DNA of 64,000 bases from a virus (taxonomy: Duplodnaviria; Heunggongvirae; Uroviricota; Caudoviricetes): the IMG/VR virus record IMGVR_UViG_2778261510_000005, one strand, 5' to 3'. The notes beneath the pieces were generated by a model that was not told the DNA's origin, ran no database searches, and saw only the letters and a list, made by a program, of their open reading frames with translations. The stretch's first letter is position 1, and the number at the start of each line of letters is the position of its first letter. The position numbers and the translations under genes were made by a program. Below, in pieces: positions 40,086 to 53,013 of this stretch.

Positions 40086-42005
40086 ATGGAACAGTTCAAT
40101 ATCAATAAAGGGGTGACGATCAAACCTGGGCTTGACGTGCTTCCCCCGCCGGTGACTGATGATGAATATCGCGCATTAATGGCCGGTGAGGACCGCTATC
40201 TGATGACGGAATCCAACACCCTGGAAGAAATCGAGGCTACGTTCTTCTATGACACGCCGATCCACTGGTGTGCTACGGATTTACTGGAGGCGATTAGTTC
40301 TACTCGTTTGCAGCTACACCGGACCATGCAGGCATTTGTCCGGGCATTGAACCAGAAGCTGAATGGTACCGGAATCTCTGCGGGGAGTGATAAAACGGGG
40401 GATGTGGCCCAGAACGGTGCACGCGCGATCGGCGGGGCTGAAATTGGCCGGGCACGTAACGTTAACGGGCTGCCGGTCCTGCCGGCCATTATTCCGCTCA
40501 GTGATGGTCAGACTATCAGCATTCTGTTTCATAGCCCGACAGCGGAAAACCGGATCACCAATAGCGATACGCTGGTTGCTTTCCAGTTCTTACTGAATAA
40601 AAAAGACGTTACTCATACCGTTGCTCCGATGAGTGGACGTGATATGACGCTGGCGCAGGTCACCATGAAACTTGCCAACCTTGCAGAGAAAAACTCGGCA
40701 AAATTCCAGCGTGCGCAGAAGAAGAAAAAAGCCCTGGTTGATGAAATAACCCAACTACAGGCTGATAGTGACCAGAAAGAGGATGCCATGAGCGACCTCG
40801 CGGATCAGGTGGCAGCGGTAGAAGGGCAGAAGGTAGATCTGGAGCAGAAAATTAACGCTGTTGCATCGGAAGCGGATTCTCTTTATGAAGAGAATGAGCG
40901 TTTGCAGACGGAGATTGATCAGCTCAATCGCACTGGTGGACGCGAAACCATTGCTCCTGCGGGGATGACTGGTGGGCACTCTCGCGCGCTGACGGATCGC
41001 CTTGCCAGTATCAAAAATCGTATGCATATGGACGGGGAAGTGACGCTCAGTAATGGTGCATCAATGAAGCAATTCATTGGGGGCGGCGAAGGGTATATCC
41101 AGTTAACCGATCCGGATGGCAGCGTATACATGATCAAGGCTAAATCCATACAGGGTGTGGATATGGCAGATGCGATCGGCAAGCTGTTTAAAGCCTATAA
41201 AGCGGGTAATGTATCGGAATACCTGGTCCAACCAGAAGAACATAAACCGGAAAACGTCGAACCTGAACCAGCGGAGGATACCGGTAGCTCTTCGCCTGAA
41301 CCAGAAGTCTCTGTAGGTGCATATCGATATGCCCTGCAAATGCGTCCGGCGGCCCCTGGCGCAATACCTGAAGGTAACAAAGCAATTCTGCCGCGCCCTG
41401 ATGAAGGTGACCCGTATTATGAATATGCACGCTACGGCATTGCTACTTACGATACCCCGCTTTCTGATCAGCAAATGAGTGAGTACGACCTGAAGTTATT
41501 GCCTCGCGAGGATTCTTTCGACTTCCTGGCGAAGACACTTACTAATGGTCCGTTTGGCAAATATGCACAAAAAGCTCTGGAGCTGGCCACCAGCTCACCA
41601 GACGAGTTCCGCGTAATGCTGAAAACTCAGTTTCAAAAAACTTTCCCCAATATTGCGTTTCCGGGTGGCGCTGGCACCGAGAAAATGGTGCAGAGCATGA
41701 TCAATGCATTGCAGGCCGAAGTCGGTGAGATTACTCAGCCAGAACCGGCCTCGGCACAGCCTGATGAAACGGTTAGCGAAGCAGATGCAGAGGCTAATAA
41801 AGCCATTGAATATCTCAATAACGTGATGGATATGCAAAGCACTGACATGGCGGAGATCCGTAACGCCCGGGGCAATGTCCGGGAAGTGATTGCAGCCCTT
41901 CAGGCTGCCGGACGTTTTGAGGAAAACGAAGAGCTGGTTAATGGCGCTGCTCGCCACCTGGCTGATCTGCTGGTAGCAATCCAGAAAGCGGGGGTAGCGG
42001 CATGA
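40086..42005 (+). CDS. darA: DarA-like internal head protein (antirestriction)
   Basis: 639 aa; paralogous segment with hdf; operon position after lyd genes next to cin. Confidence 0.6.
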   Translation: MEQFNINKGVTIKPGLDVLPPPVTDDEYRALMAGEDRYLMTESNTLEEIEATFFYDTPIHWCATDLLEAISSTRLQLHRTMQAFVRALNQKLNGTGISAGSDKTGDVAQNGARAIGGAEIGRARNVNGLPVLPAIIPLSDGQTISILFHSPTAENRITNSDTLVAFQFLLNKKDVTHTVAPMSGRDMTLAQVTMKLANLAEKNSAKFQRAQKKKKALVDEITQLQADSDQKEDAMSDLADQVAAVEGQKVDLEQKINAVASEADSLYEENERLQTEIDQLNRTGGRETIAPAGMTGGHSRALTDRLASIKNRMHMDGEVTLSNGASMKQFIGGGEGYIQLTDPDGSVYMIKAKSIQGVDMADAIGKLFKAYKAGNVSEYLVQPEEHKPENVEPEPAEDTGSSSPEPEVSVGAYRYALQMRPAAPGAIPEGNKAILPRPDEGDPYYEYARYGIATYDTPLSDQQMSEYDLKLLPREDSFDFLAKTLTNGPFGKYAQKALELATSSPDEFRVMLKTQFQKTFPNIAFPGGAGTEKMVQSMINALQAEVGEITQPEPASAQPDETVSEADAEANKAIEYLNNVMDMQSTDMAEIRNARGNVREVIAALQAAGRFEENEELVNGAARHLADLLVAIQKAGVAA

Positions 42006-42367
42006 CACTATCAGCTATTGAGTTAATGGATCTCAGCGATAAGTTGGATGCTCTGATGTCCAAAGCGGCTACCGCGAGTGGCATGGAGTTGCTGGATATC
42101 AGCGATGAAATTGACCAGATCATGCAACAGATGGGGTACGGCGCGTCCGGCGGCGGTAGTGGCGAGGAAAAACAACCTTCGGTACATGATGGTGTGCCAA
42201 AACTGGTTGCTGATTTCCTGGCTGATAAATTCGTCGATCAGAGCACCGATGCATTTATCGGTACGTTGCAGGACTTGAGTCAATATGTTGGCACATACAT
42301 CGATCTGGACCAGGTTAAACAGCACACGGCGGCATGGATAGCCGCCAACATTAAAGAGGCAGCATAA
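42002..42367 (+). CDS. Dar operon small acidic protein (DdrA-like position)
   Basis: 121 aa, ATGA overlap with darA. Confidence 0.45.
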   Translation: MTLSAIELMDLSDKLDALMSKAATASGMELLDISDEIDQIMQQMGYGASGGGSGEEKQPSVHDGVPKLVADFLADKFVDQSTDAFIGTLQDLSQYVGTYIDLDQVKQHTAAWIAANIKEAA

Positions 42368-42379
42368 GGCGTAACAGGG

Positions 42380-45367
42380 ATGAGCTTAAGCGATCGGGTG
42401 GTGATGGCCACCAGCATAGAAACGCTGATCGAGCTGCTAAAAAACCTGCCCGATTACGGGCGGGTTTCGTATGTGGTGACAGCGAAGGGAGACGAGGTAA
42501 AAACAGCGTTTGATATCGTCGATGCCTCAGCTCTTTTGGTATCCAATACTCTGGACGGGAAAATTAATCCGGACTATCCCCAGGAACTTCAGCCGCGCGA
42601 CCGGACCCGCGCATCCAGTATTCTTCAGGTTAACCAGATATCCAAGGATTTGCGGCCTGCTCAGCTTACCGACTCCGGTTTATCCAGCCATGGAGCGCCG
42701 ATAATTGGTGAGGACAATGCCGTTGAGTCAGGTAATGGACGAACCATGGGGATCATTAAAGCCTATCAGGACGGCAATGCGGATCGGTATCGGGAGTACC
42801 TGATTGAACATGCGAGCGAATTCGGCATACGTCCTGAAAAGGTTGAATCAATGACGGCTCCGGTACTGGTGCGCCGCCGGTTAACTAAGGTTGACCGCGT
42901 TCAGTTTGCCAAAGACTCAAATATTTCTGATCTTCAGGAAATGGCAGCCAGTGAAAAGGCTTTTGTTGATGCCGACAGCATAACACCGGCGATGATGGCG
43001 CTGTTTAATCCGTCAGAAAGCGGAGATCTGCTTAGCCGCAGTAATGACGCGTTTATTCGCGGATTCATGACGCAAGTTGGTGCCACACAGGCTGCTGGCC
43101 TTGTAACGGAAGATGGGCGACCAACGCGGCAACTTGTTGACCGTATACAAAACGCGATCTTTGCCAAGGCATATAAGGATGCGCGCCTGGTAAGGATGGT
43201 TGCAGAAGAACCTGATCCGGATATGCGTAATGTTCTGACGGCACTTAATGCGGCGGCCAATGATTTTGTACAGATGCAGGCTTTATCAGGAGAAGCGCAC
43301 AAGCAGGCTGTGACAACTATCGTTGATGGTATTGAAACAGCGGATAGCCTCGATAAAAAGGCGCTGGCGGCATTGAAAGATGCGGTAGACCTGGTAAGGC
43401 AATCGAAGGAGTCAGGCCAACATATTACCGATGTTATTGCTCAGGGGGATATGTTCAGCGAAACGGCCCCGGAAGTGAAAGCTCTCGCGTTGTTCATCGT
43501 CGCGAATAACCGTAGCGCGAAGCGTATGGCCACCGCCTTTAAATTGATGGCTCAACGTATCAATGATGAGTTACAGCACCAGGGCCAGGCGCTGGGGGAT
43601 ATGTTTGGCGGTGGTGATGTGTCGTTACAGGATATCCTTCGCCAGGTGTCTCAGGAACTGGAAAACGAAGGCATGCAAGGGATATCCGGCGGTCTTTTCG
43701 AGTCCGTTTCCGGCGGTAGTTACAACGGTGTTGCTCCATATACCAGCTTGCTATTACATCGGGTATCCGGCATCAAAGACATTATTCATCTGATCAGGCT
43801 GCTTTCCCGTACAGATCCCCAGGATGAACAGCTTGTACAAGTGCTTGCGCATTTTGTTCGAATGCCTGTTGCCGACGTGAATAAATGGTGCCGATTATTC
43901 GGTATCAGCAATTCGTTACTTCGCGGATTGTTAAATCACGCATCCTCCCTTGGGCGCGACGGCTTTGATGAGATAGCGCAGGCGATAAAAAACGGAGATA
44001 TGCCACCAGCTATTGACTGGTTTTCCATTCGCCCAACCAGGGTGAAAGCATTCCTTAGCGCGGCGCATTCGGCATCACCATTGGCAGAAATGATTCAGAG
44101 GTTGTCGCTCATATTCACAGACCATACCGCGTTGGGTGATCTGACTCTGGACGAGATGAAAGAAGCCTCCATTCAGTGGGCCGATCAACAAAATGAGGTT
44201 AACTCAGACTTCTTGCCAGCATTCAGGAAGGCCGTTAGTAAAGCGGATGATGCCCGTGGAATTCTGAAGGCATTTAAGGCATTGCAAAGTCGGGTTAATA
44301 AACATGTCGGTGATATCGATGGGGTAACGGCGGAAGGCAGGGATATCCTTAAAGAGCACGGCATAACGCCAGAGTTTATTGATGAGATCAGGACGGATAT
44401 GCAGCGTGATGTCGTATCGTCCCTGCAAATTGTAGCCAGAGCGTTGGCGGATGCTAATCCGAAGAGTGCGGCCATTGTTAACCGGGTTATTGGTGATATT
44501 GAAGCATCGGAGGGCATGGGGGCGCTGAAACTCTTCCTTTCGCGAGCGTTTAATCCTAACGGCAATATTCTCCCTGGCATTATTGGTGAGGCTAAAAAGT
44601 ATGTCAGTGAAGAAGAACTTGAGCATCTTGACCAACTACTTAAGCGATTCTCATATAACCCGCAGACACGCTGGCAAATGAATCAGCGAAGTATGGGTTC
44701 GGTCCACGAGAAAGTGTTATCTGCCATGAACAGTGCGATCGCAAACTCATCCGTATCTGAAGAAAAAGCTCTTGAGTGGGCCGACTCTTTTATCACGGAA
44801 GAAGTGGAAGAAGCCCGCGCTGGACAGAATGGTGGGATAGACCTGCGCAAGGAACTTGCTGATATTTATCGCCTGACCGGCGGTAAAATTTCGACCTTAT
44901 CAAAGGTGGTTCACCACAAGGGAAGGGCATATGCAAATCTTAATGGTGTTGTTGCTGTCAATTTGAACGATGAAAATGCAAGTGCACTGTGGCACGAGCT
45001 GGGTCATCATCTTGAGTACAGTAACCCTGGTTTGTTAGAGAAAGCCCGGTCATTCCTGAAGGCCAATGTTGAAGGGGATAAGCCATCTTTCGTTAATATC
45101 GGTGGGCGTGGCAAGCCTGAATGGTGCTTCAGATCTCGATTGAGTAATATTTATATGGCGAAGGTATACCCGCCAGCCTCAGTAAGTAACACTGGGAAAA
45201 TTCGGCAGAAATCCCCGACTATTTCCAAAACGTCAGCAACGGAAGTATTCTCTATGGCTCTTCAGTTGTATCATGACAAAGAGGCCGCTGCCGCATCACT
45301 GATGAATGGTGACGGATTGCTGGAACTGTTATTAGGTGTGGCAAAGGAGCTAAATAATGCAGATTAA
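42380..45367 (+). CDS. Dar operon large protein (DdrB-like position)
   Basis: 995-aa ORF in antirestriction operon. Confidence 0.5.
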   Translation: MSLSDRVVMATSIETLIELLKNLPDYGRVSYVVTAKGDEVKTAFDIVDASALLVSNTLDGKINPDYPQELQPRDRTRASSILQVNQISKDLRPAQLTDSGLSSHGAPIIGEDNAVESGNGRTMGIIKAYQDGNADRYREYLIEHASEFGIRPEKVESMTAPVLVRRRLTKVDRVQFAKDSNISDLQEMAASEKAFVDADSITPAMMALFNPSESGDLLSRSNDAFIRGFMTQVGATQAAGLVTEDGRPTRQLVDRIQNAIFAKAYKDARLVRMVAEEPDPDMRNVLTALNAAANDFVQMQALSGEAHKQAVTTIVDGIETADSLDKKALAALKDAVDLVRQSKESGQHITDVIAQGDMFSETAPEVKALALFIVANNRSAKRMATAFKLMAQRINDELQHQGQALGDMFGGGDVSLQDILRQVSQELENEGMQGISGGLFESVSGGSYNGVAPYTSLLLHRVSGIKDIIHLIRLLSRTDPQDEQLVQVLAHFVRMPVADVNKWCRLFGISNSLLRGLLNHASSLGRDGFDEIAQAIKNGDMPPAIDWFSIRPTRVKAFLSAAHSASPLAEMIQRLSLIFTDHTALGDLTLDEMKEASIQWADQQNEVNSDFLPAFRKAVSKADDARGILKAFKALQSRVNKHVGDIDGVTAEGRDILKEHGITPEFIDEIRTDMQRDVVSSLQIVARALADANPKSAAIVNRVIGDIEASEGMGALKLFLSRAFNPNGNILPGIIGEAKKYVSEEELEHLDQLLKRFSYNPQTRWQMNQRSMGSVHEKVLSAMNSAIANSSVSEEKALEWADSFITEEVEEARAGQNGGIDLRKELADIYRLTGGKISTLSKVVHHKGRAYANLNGVVAVNLNDENASALWHELGHHLEYSNPGLLEKARSFLKANVEGDKPSFVNIGGRGKPEWCFRSRLSNIYMAKVYPPASVSNTGKIRQKSPTISKTSATEVFSMALQLYHDKEAAAASLMNGDGLLELLLGVAKELNNAD

Positions 45368-45674
45368 AATCGCAGCGCCATTAGGCGGAGATGCCATTAT
45401 CGAATTTGATGATAATGAAGAAGTTTCCGGGCGTTTAAGCATTATCTCCGGTGACATTACCGAGGACATGATCGCTGAAGCCATAGCTGGGGCAAATCCC
45501 AATAGCTATATGGGATTCGTTAACACCCTTGATGCTCCCGCAAGTGATGTTCTCCGAACGCTGCATCTTTACGCTGGCTGGTTTGTTGATTGGCCAGCAG
45601 TAGAGGGTGGCGATGAGGACGACGACGATGACGACGATGATTTTGGGGATCATGTAGACCAGATCGTATATTGA
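45357..45674 (+). CDS. small protein with poly-Asp tail
   Basis: 105 aa ending GGDEDDDDDDDDFGDHVDQIVY; followed by terminator. Confidence 0.45.
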   Translation: MQIKIAAPLGGDAIIEFDDNEEVSGRLSIISGDITEDMIAEAIAGANPNSYMGFVNTLDAPASDVLRTLHLYAGWFVDWPAVEGGDEDDDDDDDDFGDHVDQIVY

Positions 45675-45680
45675 AGAAAT

Positions 45681-45705
45681 CCCGCCAATCGGCGGGATTT
45701 TTTTT
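45681..45705. terminator. rho-independent terminator (between convergent genes)
   Basis: CCCGCC-AATC-GGCGGG followed by ATTTTTTTT. Confidence 0.6.
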
Positions 45706-46492
45706 AATCGCTTTCCACTTCTTCCGTGGTGTTTTCTTGCAGTTCTGTTAATGCAGCACGACATAGGTTCCGGGCATTGGCTATAGCCACACTTTTGACT
45801 TCATCCGTCATCGTGCAGGTAATGTACTGATCGAGTTCTTCAGCGTGGATGATGCTTTTGCCAATCAGAAACTGTATTTGCCAGAGCAGATCGGCATCCA
45901 TAATCAGAATTTCTGCCGGGCCTTCAGGGCCAGCCGGGAAGGAAACATAAGACTGTTTGCCCAGGCCGATAACTCGACAACTTGCTTCAAGAATTGCGCG
46001 CTTGAGGTCTGACTTTGTAACTGAAACAGGTTGATTTTCACCTGCGATTACGCCGTTGACATGGATGTGGAAAGGCATGTAGCTTGAAATTCGCTCTACT
46101 TTCCATACGCCAGCAAGCGATCCTTCATGCAGCACAATGGGGGTAACCGCGAGTTTCATCTCACCATATAACTGCTGGCAGATGGCTGGATTGCTGAATA
46201 CATCCAAAGGTTCACACTCAAACAGCGGCGCAATCTGCATGAGGTCCATCATGGTCATACTAGGGGTACGAGCAGTAATGAATCTGCGCATGCCAGTATC
46301 CATTGTGCGCCAGATAGCTACACCATGCTTTTTGCTCACTTCTTCAGTAAAGCCAAGGTGGCACATGATGGTTTTTTCGATAGCCAGATCAGAGATAGAA
46401 ACCTTTTCGCCAGGTACACCATCATTATTGATGGTCACTTCGACACTCTGGCCATTACGCAGGCGGTATTGAATTGCTTTAGTATTTTCCAC
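45704..46492 (-). CDS. hypothetical protein
   Basis: 262-aa ORF, convergent with Dar operon. Confidence 0.45.
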   Translation of the reverse strand: MENTKAIQYRLRNGQSVEVTINNDGVPGEKVSISDLAIEKTIMCHLGFTEEVSKKHGVAIWRTMDTGMRRFITARTPSMTMMDLMQIAPLFECEPLDVFSNPAICQQLYGEMKLAVTPIVLHEGSLAGVWKVERISSYMPFHIHVNGVIAGENQPVSVTKSDLKRAILEASCRVIGLGKQSYVSFPAGPEGPAEILIMDADLLWQIQFLIGKSIIHAEELDQYITCTMTDEVKSVAIANARNLCRAALTELQENTTEEVESD

Positions 46493-46498
46493 GTTAAA

Positions 46499-47176
46499 TC
46501 ACTCCACTACAAACCAGTCACATGCCAGTAAGTCGCATACAGAAGGCACCCACGGAACAACTACACCTTGTGCATTTTTTAAGGCGAAATAAGCACCATA
46601 CGGAACGAGGTCGCCGGGGAAATATCCCTTAATGGCTTCCATTCGTGCCGGGTACTGTCCTTCAGGAACCAGCCAGCAGAATTGGTTTTCGCCGTTCCAC
46701 CCGCGTCGAGCAACTTTCTTGCCATCCTTCAGCCACATCAGCGCGTCAGAAAAGTCGGCTGCTTCAAGGTCGATTTCTTCTTGTGTGGTAATGATGCCAC
46801 TGGCAGCAATAGTTACGTCCCTGGCTGTAATGAATGTCACCCCATTGTGACCTTCAATACTGAGCGATACCCCATTTTCGAAGAAGTCGTTAGTCCGACT
46901 AAAGCCTTCTTCAAATGTTTTTTCTGGTGAATAGGACAGAGATCCGTCCTCATAAGCGACCAGATATCCGCCAATTTCTGGTCGGTGTTTTTGCAAAAAC
47001 ATTTTATCAACATGGACTTTTACCCCTTCTGGCTCAACGACTTCGATGTTGCAAAAAAGGACCACATCCATTAGGGCGATAATTTCGATATCTTTGATTT
47101 TTGAGGCGCGAACTGTTTTATGGCTTTTGTATTTTGGAAGTGCCGTCAAAAGCTCTTTCGTTGTCATGTTATTCAT
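46499..47176 (-). CDS. two-domain protein with C-terminal DUF2829-like segment
   Basis: ATG 47176 with GAGGAAA RBS; C-terminal ALMWLKDGKKVARRGWNGENQFCWLVPEG...VPWVPSVCDLLACDWFVVE. Confidence 0.5.
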   Translation of the reverse strand: MNNMTTKELLTALPKYKSHKTVRASKIKDIEIIALMDVVLFCNIEVVEPEGVKVHVDKMFLQKHRPEIGGYLVAYEDGSLSYSPEKTFEEGFSRTNDFFENGVSLSIEGHNGVTFITARDVTIAASGIITTQEEIDLEAADFSDALMWLKDGKKVARRGWNGENQFCWLVPEGQYPARMEAIKGYFPGDLVPYGAYFALKNAQGVVVPWVPSVCDLLACDWFVVE

Positions 47177-47373
47177 AGTCTTTCCTCTGCTTAAAACCTG
47201 ATGTATTGCGCCTTCAGGTGGGTCAGGAATGTTTTCCCACCAGCGAAAGCAATATCTCGGGGTGTTCTTTTCGTGAAAAGCGCGTGCCATTGCCAACTTT
47301 GGCGTTTGTTTGCGAGTTCGTGCTTTTGTCGGCGTCTGGACCACCGCTTTTCTTTCAGTCGTTTTTTACACAT

Positions 47374-47862
47374 TCAAAACGGAATATCGTCGTCAAAGTC
47401 CATTTGAGGTTCGTTATTGGCGTTGCTCTGAGGTTTACCGCCACCACTGTATTGCTGGTGGTTTTGAGGTTGGTTTGATTGCCCCCAGCCATTTGAGGAC
47501 TGTGAATCGTCACGGCGAGCGCCGATCATTTGCATGGTGCCGCCCTGGCTGACGATAATTTCCGTCGTGTAACGTTCTACACCGGCGTCATCTGTCCACT
47601 TACGGGTTTTAAGTTTCCCTTCGATGTAGACCTGAGAACCTTTTCGTAAATACTCACTCGCAATTTCAGCAAGTTTTCCGAACAAAACGACTTTATGCCA
47701 TTCTGTTTGCTCTTTCTGTTGGCCCGTTTGCTTGTCGCGCCATGATTCATTCGTTGCGATGCTGAGTCTTCCGACCGCGCCGCCATTTGGTATATACCTG
47801 ATCTCCGGGTCTTGCCCCAGGGTACCAATCAGGATGACTTTGTTTACACCGCGTTGTGCCAC
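47374..47862 (-). CDS. ssb: single-stranded DNA-binding protein
   Basis: 162 aa, GTG start; OB-fold core closely similar to E. coli SSB; Gly/Gln-rich linker; acidic C-terminal tip DFDDDIPF. Confidence 0.9.
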   Translation of the reverse strand: MAQRGVNKVILIGTLGQDPEIRYIPNGGAVGRLSIATNESWRDKQTGQQKEQTEWHKVVLFGKLAEIASEYLRKGSQVYIEGKLKTRKWTDDAGVERYTTEIIVSQGGTMQMIGARRDDSQSSNGWGQSNQPQNHQQYSGGGKPQSNANNEPQMDFDDDIPF

Positions 47863-47881
47863 TTATCTTACCTAATAAAAT

Positions 47882-47898
47882 AAATTAATTAGAGCAAT
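47882..47898. promoter_or_regulatory. C1-repressor-type operator between divergent ssb and lyz
   Basis: AAATTAATTAGAGCAAT, 16/17 to consensus. Confidence 0.6.
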
Positions 47899-48031
47899 AA
47901 TGTATATCTTTGAAACGTAGCTAACAAGTGATTTGCATTATCCTGTGCCTTCTAAAGGGATCGAGTCAGTCGGTATTGGCTGTGAATGAGTGTTTGTCCT
48001 GGAGCGTAAAAAATTCGCTTATGAGGTCTTT

Positions 48032-48589
48032 ATGAAGGGAAAAACAGCCGCAGGAGGCGGTGCAATTTGCGCTATCGCGGTGATGATTACCATCGTGATG
48101 GGTAATGGCAATGTGCGAACCAACCAGGCAGGGCTTGAGCTGATTGGTAACGCTGAAGGTTGCCGACGTGATCCATACATGTGCCCGGCGGGGGTATGGA
48201 CTGACGGGATCGGTAATGCACACGGGGTAACGCCGGGTGTGCGAAAAACCGACCAGCAAATCGCCGCTGATTGGGAAAAGAATATCCTGATCGCTGAACG
48301 CTGTATTAATCAGCACTTCCGGGGCAAAGACATGCCCGATAATGCCTTCAGTGCAATGACAAGCGCGGCATTCAATATGGGATGTAATAGCTTACGGACC
48401 TACTACAGCAAAGCGCGAGGCATGCGAGTAGAAACGTCCATCCACAAGTGGGCGCAGAAAGAGGAATGGGTGAATATGTGTAACCATCTCCCTGATTTCG
48501 TGAACAGTAACGGCGTGCCCCTGCGAGGTTTAAAGATTCGCCGTGAAAAAGAACGCCAGCTTTGCCTGACGGGGCTGATCAATGAATAA
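48032..48589 (+). CDS. lyz: SAR-endolysin (T4-lysozyme fold with N-terminal signal-anchor-release domain)
   Basis: 185 aa from ATG 48032; Gly/Ala-rich weakly hydrophobic N-terminus AAGGGAICAIAVMITIVMG; catalytic E...D...T in NAEGCRRDPYMCPAGVWT. Confidence 0.85.
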   Translation: MKGKTAAGGGAICAIAVMITIVMGNGNVRTNQAGLELIGNAEGCRRDPYMCPAGVWTDGIGNAHGVTPGVRKTDQQIAADWEKNILIAERCINQHFRGKDMPDNAFSAMTSAAFNMGCNSLRTYYSKARGMRVETSIHKWAQKEEWVNMCNHLPDFVNSNGVPLRGLKIRREKERQLCLTGLINE

Positions 48590-48836
48590 ACTCCGGCAGC
48601 TCCGCCGACTTTCGACAATGAAGTTATCGCTGGCGGCGATAGTTTTCGACTCGATTTTCATGGCGGTATATGTGCTCAATGAGACGTGGCCACTGGAACC
48701 GCTATTATATGCCGGGCTTCGGCTGTGCCTGACATTTTTGAGCATGGCTGCGAGATTGATGCAGCAGAAAGAAACCGCTTCAGATTGTCCACGCCGCGCG
48801 GTGCGCAAATATATGGCACGCAGGCGAAGGCGATAA
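48582..48836 (+). CDS. small membrane protein overlapping lyz 3' end
   Basis: 84 aa, 8-nt overlap with lyz; hydrophobic core, Arg-rich C-terminus; followed by terminator. Confidence 0.4.
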   Translation: MNKLRQLRRLSTMKLSLAAIVFDSIFMAVYVLNETWPLEPLLYAGLRLCLTFLSMAARLMQQKETASDCPRRAVRKYMARRRRR

Positions 48837-48847
48837 TAGTTAACGAT

Positions 48848-48875
48848 AACCCCGGAAGCCGCCGGGGTTATTTTT
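48848..48875 (+). terminator. rho-independent terminator
   Basis: AACCCCGG-AAGCCG-CCGGGGTT followed by ATTTTT. Confidence 0.6.
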
Positions 48876-50216
48876 GGTGGTTATCCGGTGCGCCGTAAAA
48901 TCCCGTCCTTCAGGGAGGGGATATAAGGCGTGGTTTTCCACCTAACTGTTTTTGTTTAAAATAGTGGGATGAAGCGACTACAAGCATTTAAATTCCAGTT
49001 AAGACCCGGTGGTCAACAGGAGCGTCAAATGAGGCTCTTTGCCGGAGCTTGTCGTTTCGTTTTCAATCGTGCACTGGCACTTCAGAATGAGAATTATGAG
49101 GCCGGGAATAAATACATCCCTTACACGAAAATGGCTTCCTGGTTGGTTGAGTGGAAAAAAGACACTGAAACCGAATGGCTTAAAGATTCTCCCTCACAGC
49201 CATTGCAGCAGTCACTGAAAGACCTTGAGCGGGCCTACAAAAATTTCTTCCAGAAGCGGGCGGCTTTTCCCCGATTCAAAAAGCGGGGACAGAATGATGC
49301 ATTCCGCTACCCGCAGGGTGTTAAGCTCGACCAGGAAAACAGCCGTATTTTTCTGCCGAAACTTGGCTGGATGCGCTACCGTAACAGCCGGCAGGTCACG
49401 GGGATTGTGAAAAATGTCACTGTCAGCCAGTCCTGCGGTAAATGGTACATCAGTATTCAGACAGAAAGTGAAGTATCCACTCCGGCTCACCCTTCAGCAT
49501 CAATGGTCGGATTGGATGCTGGCGTGGCCAGGCTCGCCACGCTGTCAGATGGCACAGTCTTTGAGCCTGTAAACAGTTTCCAGAAAAACCAGAAAAAGCT
49601 GGCGAGACTTCAGCGCCAGTTAAGCCGCAAGGTCAGATTCAGCAACAACTGGCAGAAGCAGAAACGCAAAATACAGCAACTGCACTCCCGTATCGCAAAT
49701 ATCCGCAGAGACTACCTTCATAAAGTCACAACGATCATCAGCAAAAACCACGCAATGATTGTCATTGAGGATTTGAAGGTTAAACACATGTCAAAGTCAG
49801 CGGCGGGTACGATAAGTCAGCCGGGTCGCAATGTCCGGGCAAAATCAGGTTTAAACCGTTCGATACTGGATCAGGGCTGGTATGAAATGCGCCGCCAGCT
49901 TGCGTACAAGCAGCTCTGGCGTGGCGGTCAGGTGCTTGCTGTTCCGCCAGCGTATACAAGCCAGCGTTGCGCGTACTGTGGTCATACAGCGAAAGAGAAC
50001 CGCCTGTCACAAAGTAAATTCAGATGCCAGGTATGTGGATATACAGCGAACGCCGATGTAAATGGCGCTCGCAACATTTTAGCGGCGGGGCACGCCGTTC
50101 TTGCCTGTGGAGAGATGGTGCAGTCAGGCCGCCCGTTGAAGCAGGAACCCACCGAAATGATTCAGGCGACAGCCTGAACGTAGCAGGAATCCACGCCCGT
50201 CAGGGCGTGGAGGGTG
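48876..50216 (+). mobile_element. IS200/IS605-family tnpB-only element inserted between lysis genes and prohead protease gene (ends approximate)
   Basis: intact tnpB; right-end hairpin CCACGCCC-GTCA-GGGCGTGG at 50191-50210 about 6 bp from the convergent protease stop; no tnpA ORF; left end not resolved. Confidence 0.5.
48969..50177 (+). CDS. tnpB: TnpB RNA-guided endonuclease (OrfB_IS605)
   Basis: 402 aa; RuvC-I GLDAGV, RuvC-II IVIEDL, zinc ribbon CAYCGHT...CQVCGYT, Ruv[14 protein letters not shown]. Confidence 0.85.
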   Translation: MKRLQAFKFQLRPGGQQERQMRLFAGACRFVFNRALALQNENYEAGNKYIPYTKMASWLVEWKKDTETEWLKDSPSQPLQQSLKDLERAYKNFFQKRAAFPRFKKRGQNDAFRYPQGVKLDQENSRIFLPKLGWMRYRNSRQVTGIVKNVTVSQSCGKWYISIQTESEVSTPAHPSASMVGLDAGVARLATLSDGTVFEPVNSFQKNQKKLARLQRQLSRKVRFSNNWQKQKRKIQQLHSRIANIRRDYLHKVTTIISKNHAMIVIEDLKVKHMSKSAAGTISQPGRNVRAKSGLNRSILDQGWYEMRRQLAYKQLWRGGQVLAVPPAYTSQRCAYCGHTAKENRLSQSKFRCQVCGYTANADVNGARNILAAGHAVLACGEMVQSGRPLKQEPTEMIQATA

Positions 50217-52947
<2,731 letters not shown>

Positions 52948-53013
52948 TTAATTAGAATAATTCGCATCGTGTTTGAACGGAATTTAACACTAGTCACTTG
53001 TTAAGGATTACCA

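Noticed and set aside
48590-48968. Search for a tnpA (Y1 transposase) gene or a left-end hairpin matching the right-end hairpin
   Set aside because: No ORF with a HuH/Y1 signature is present; the only strong hairpin (48848-48869) is followed by a T-tract and is better explained as the terminator of the lyz operon.
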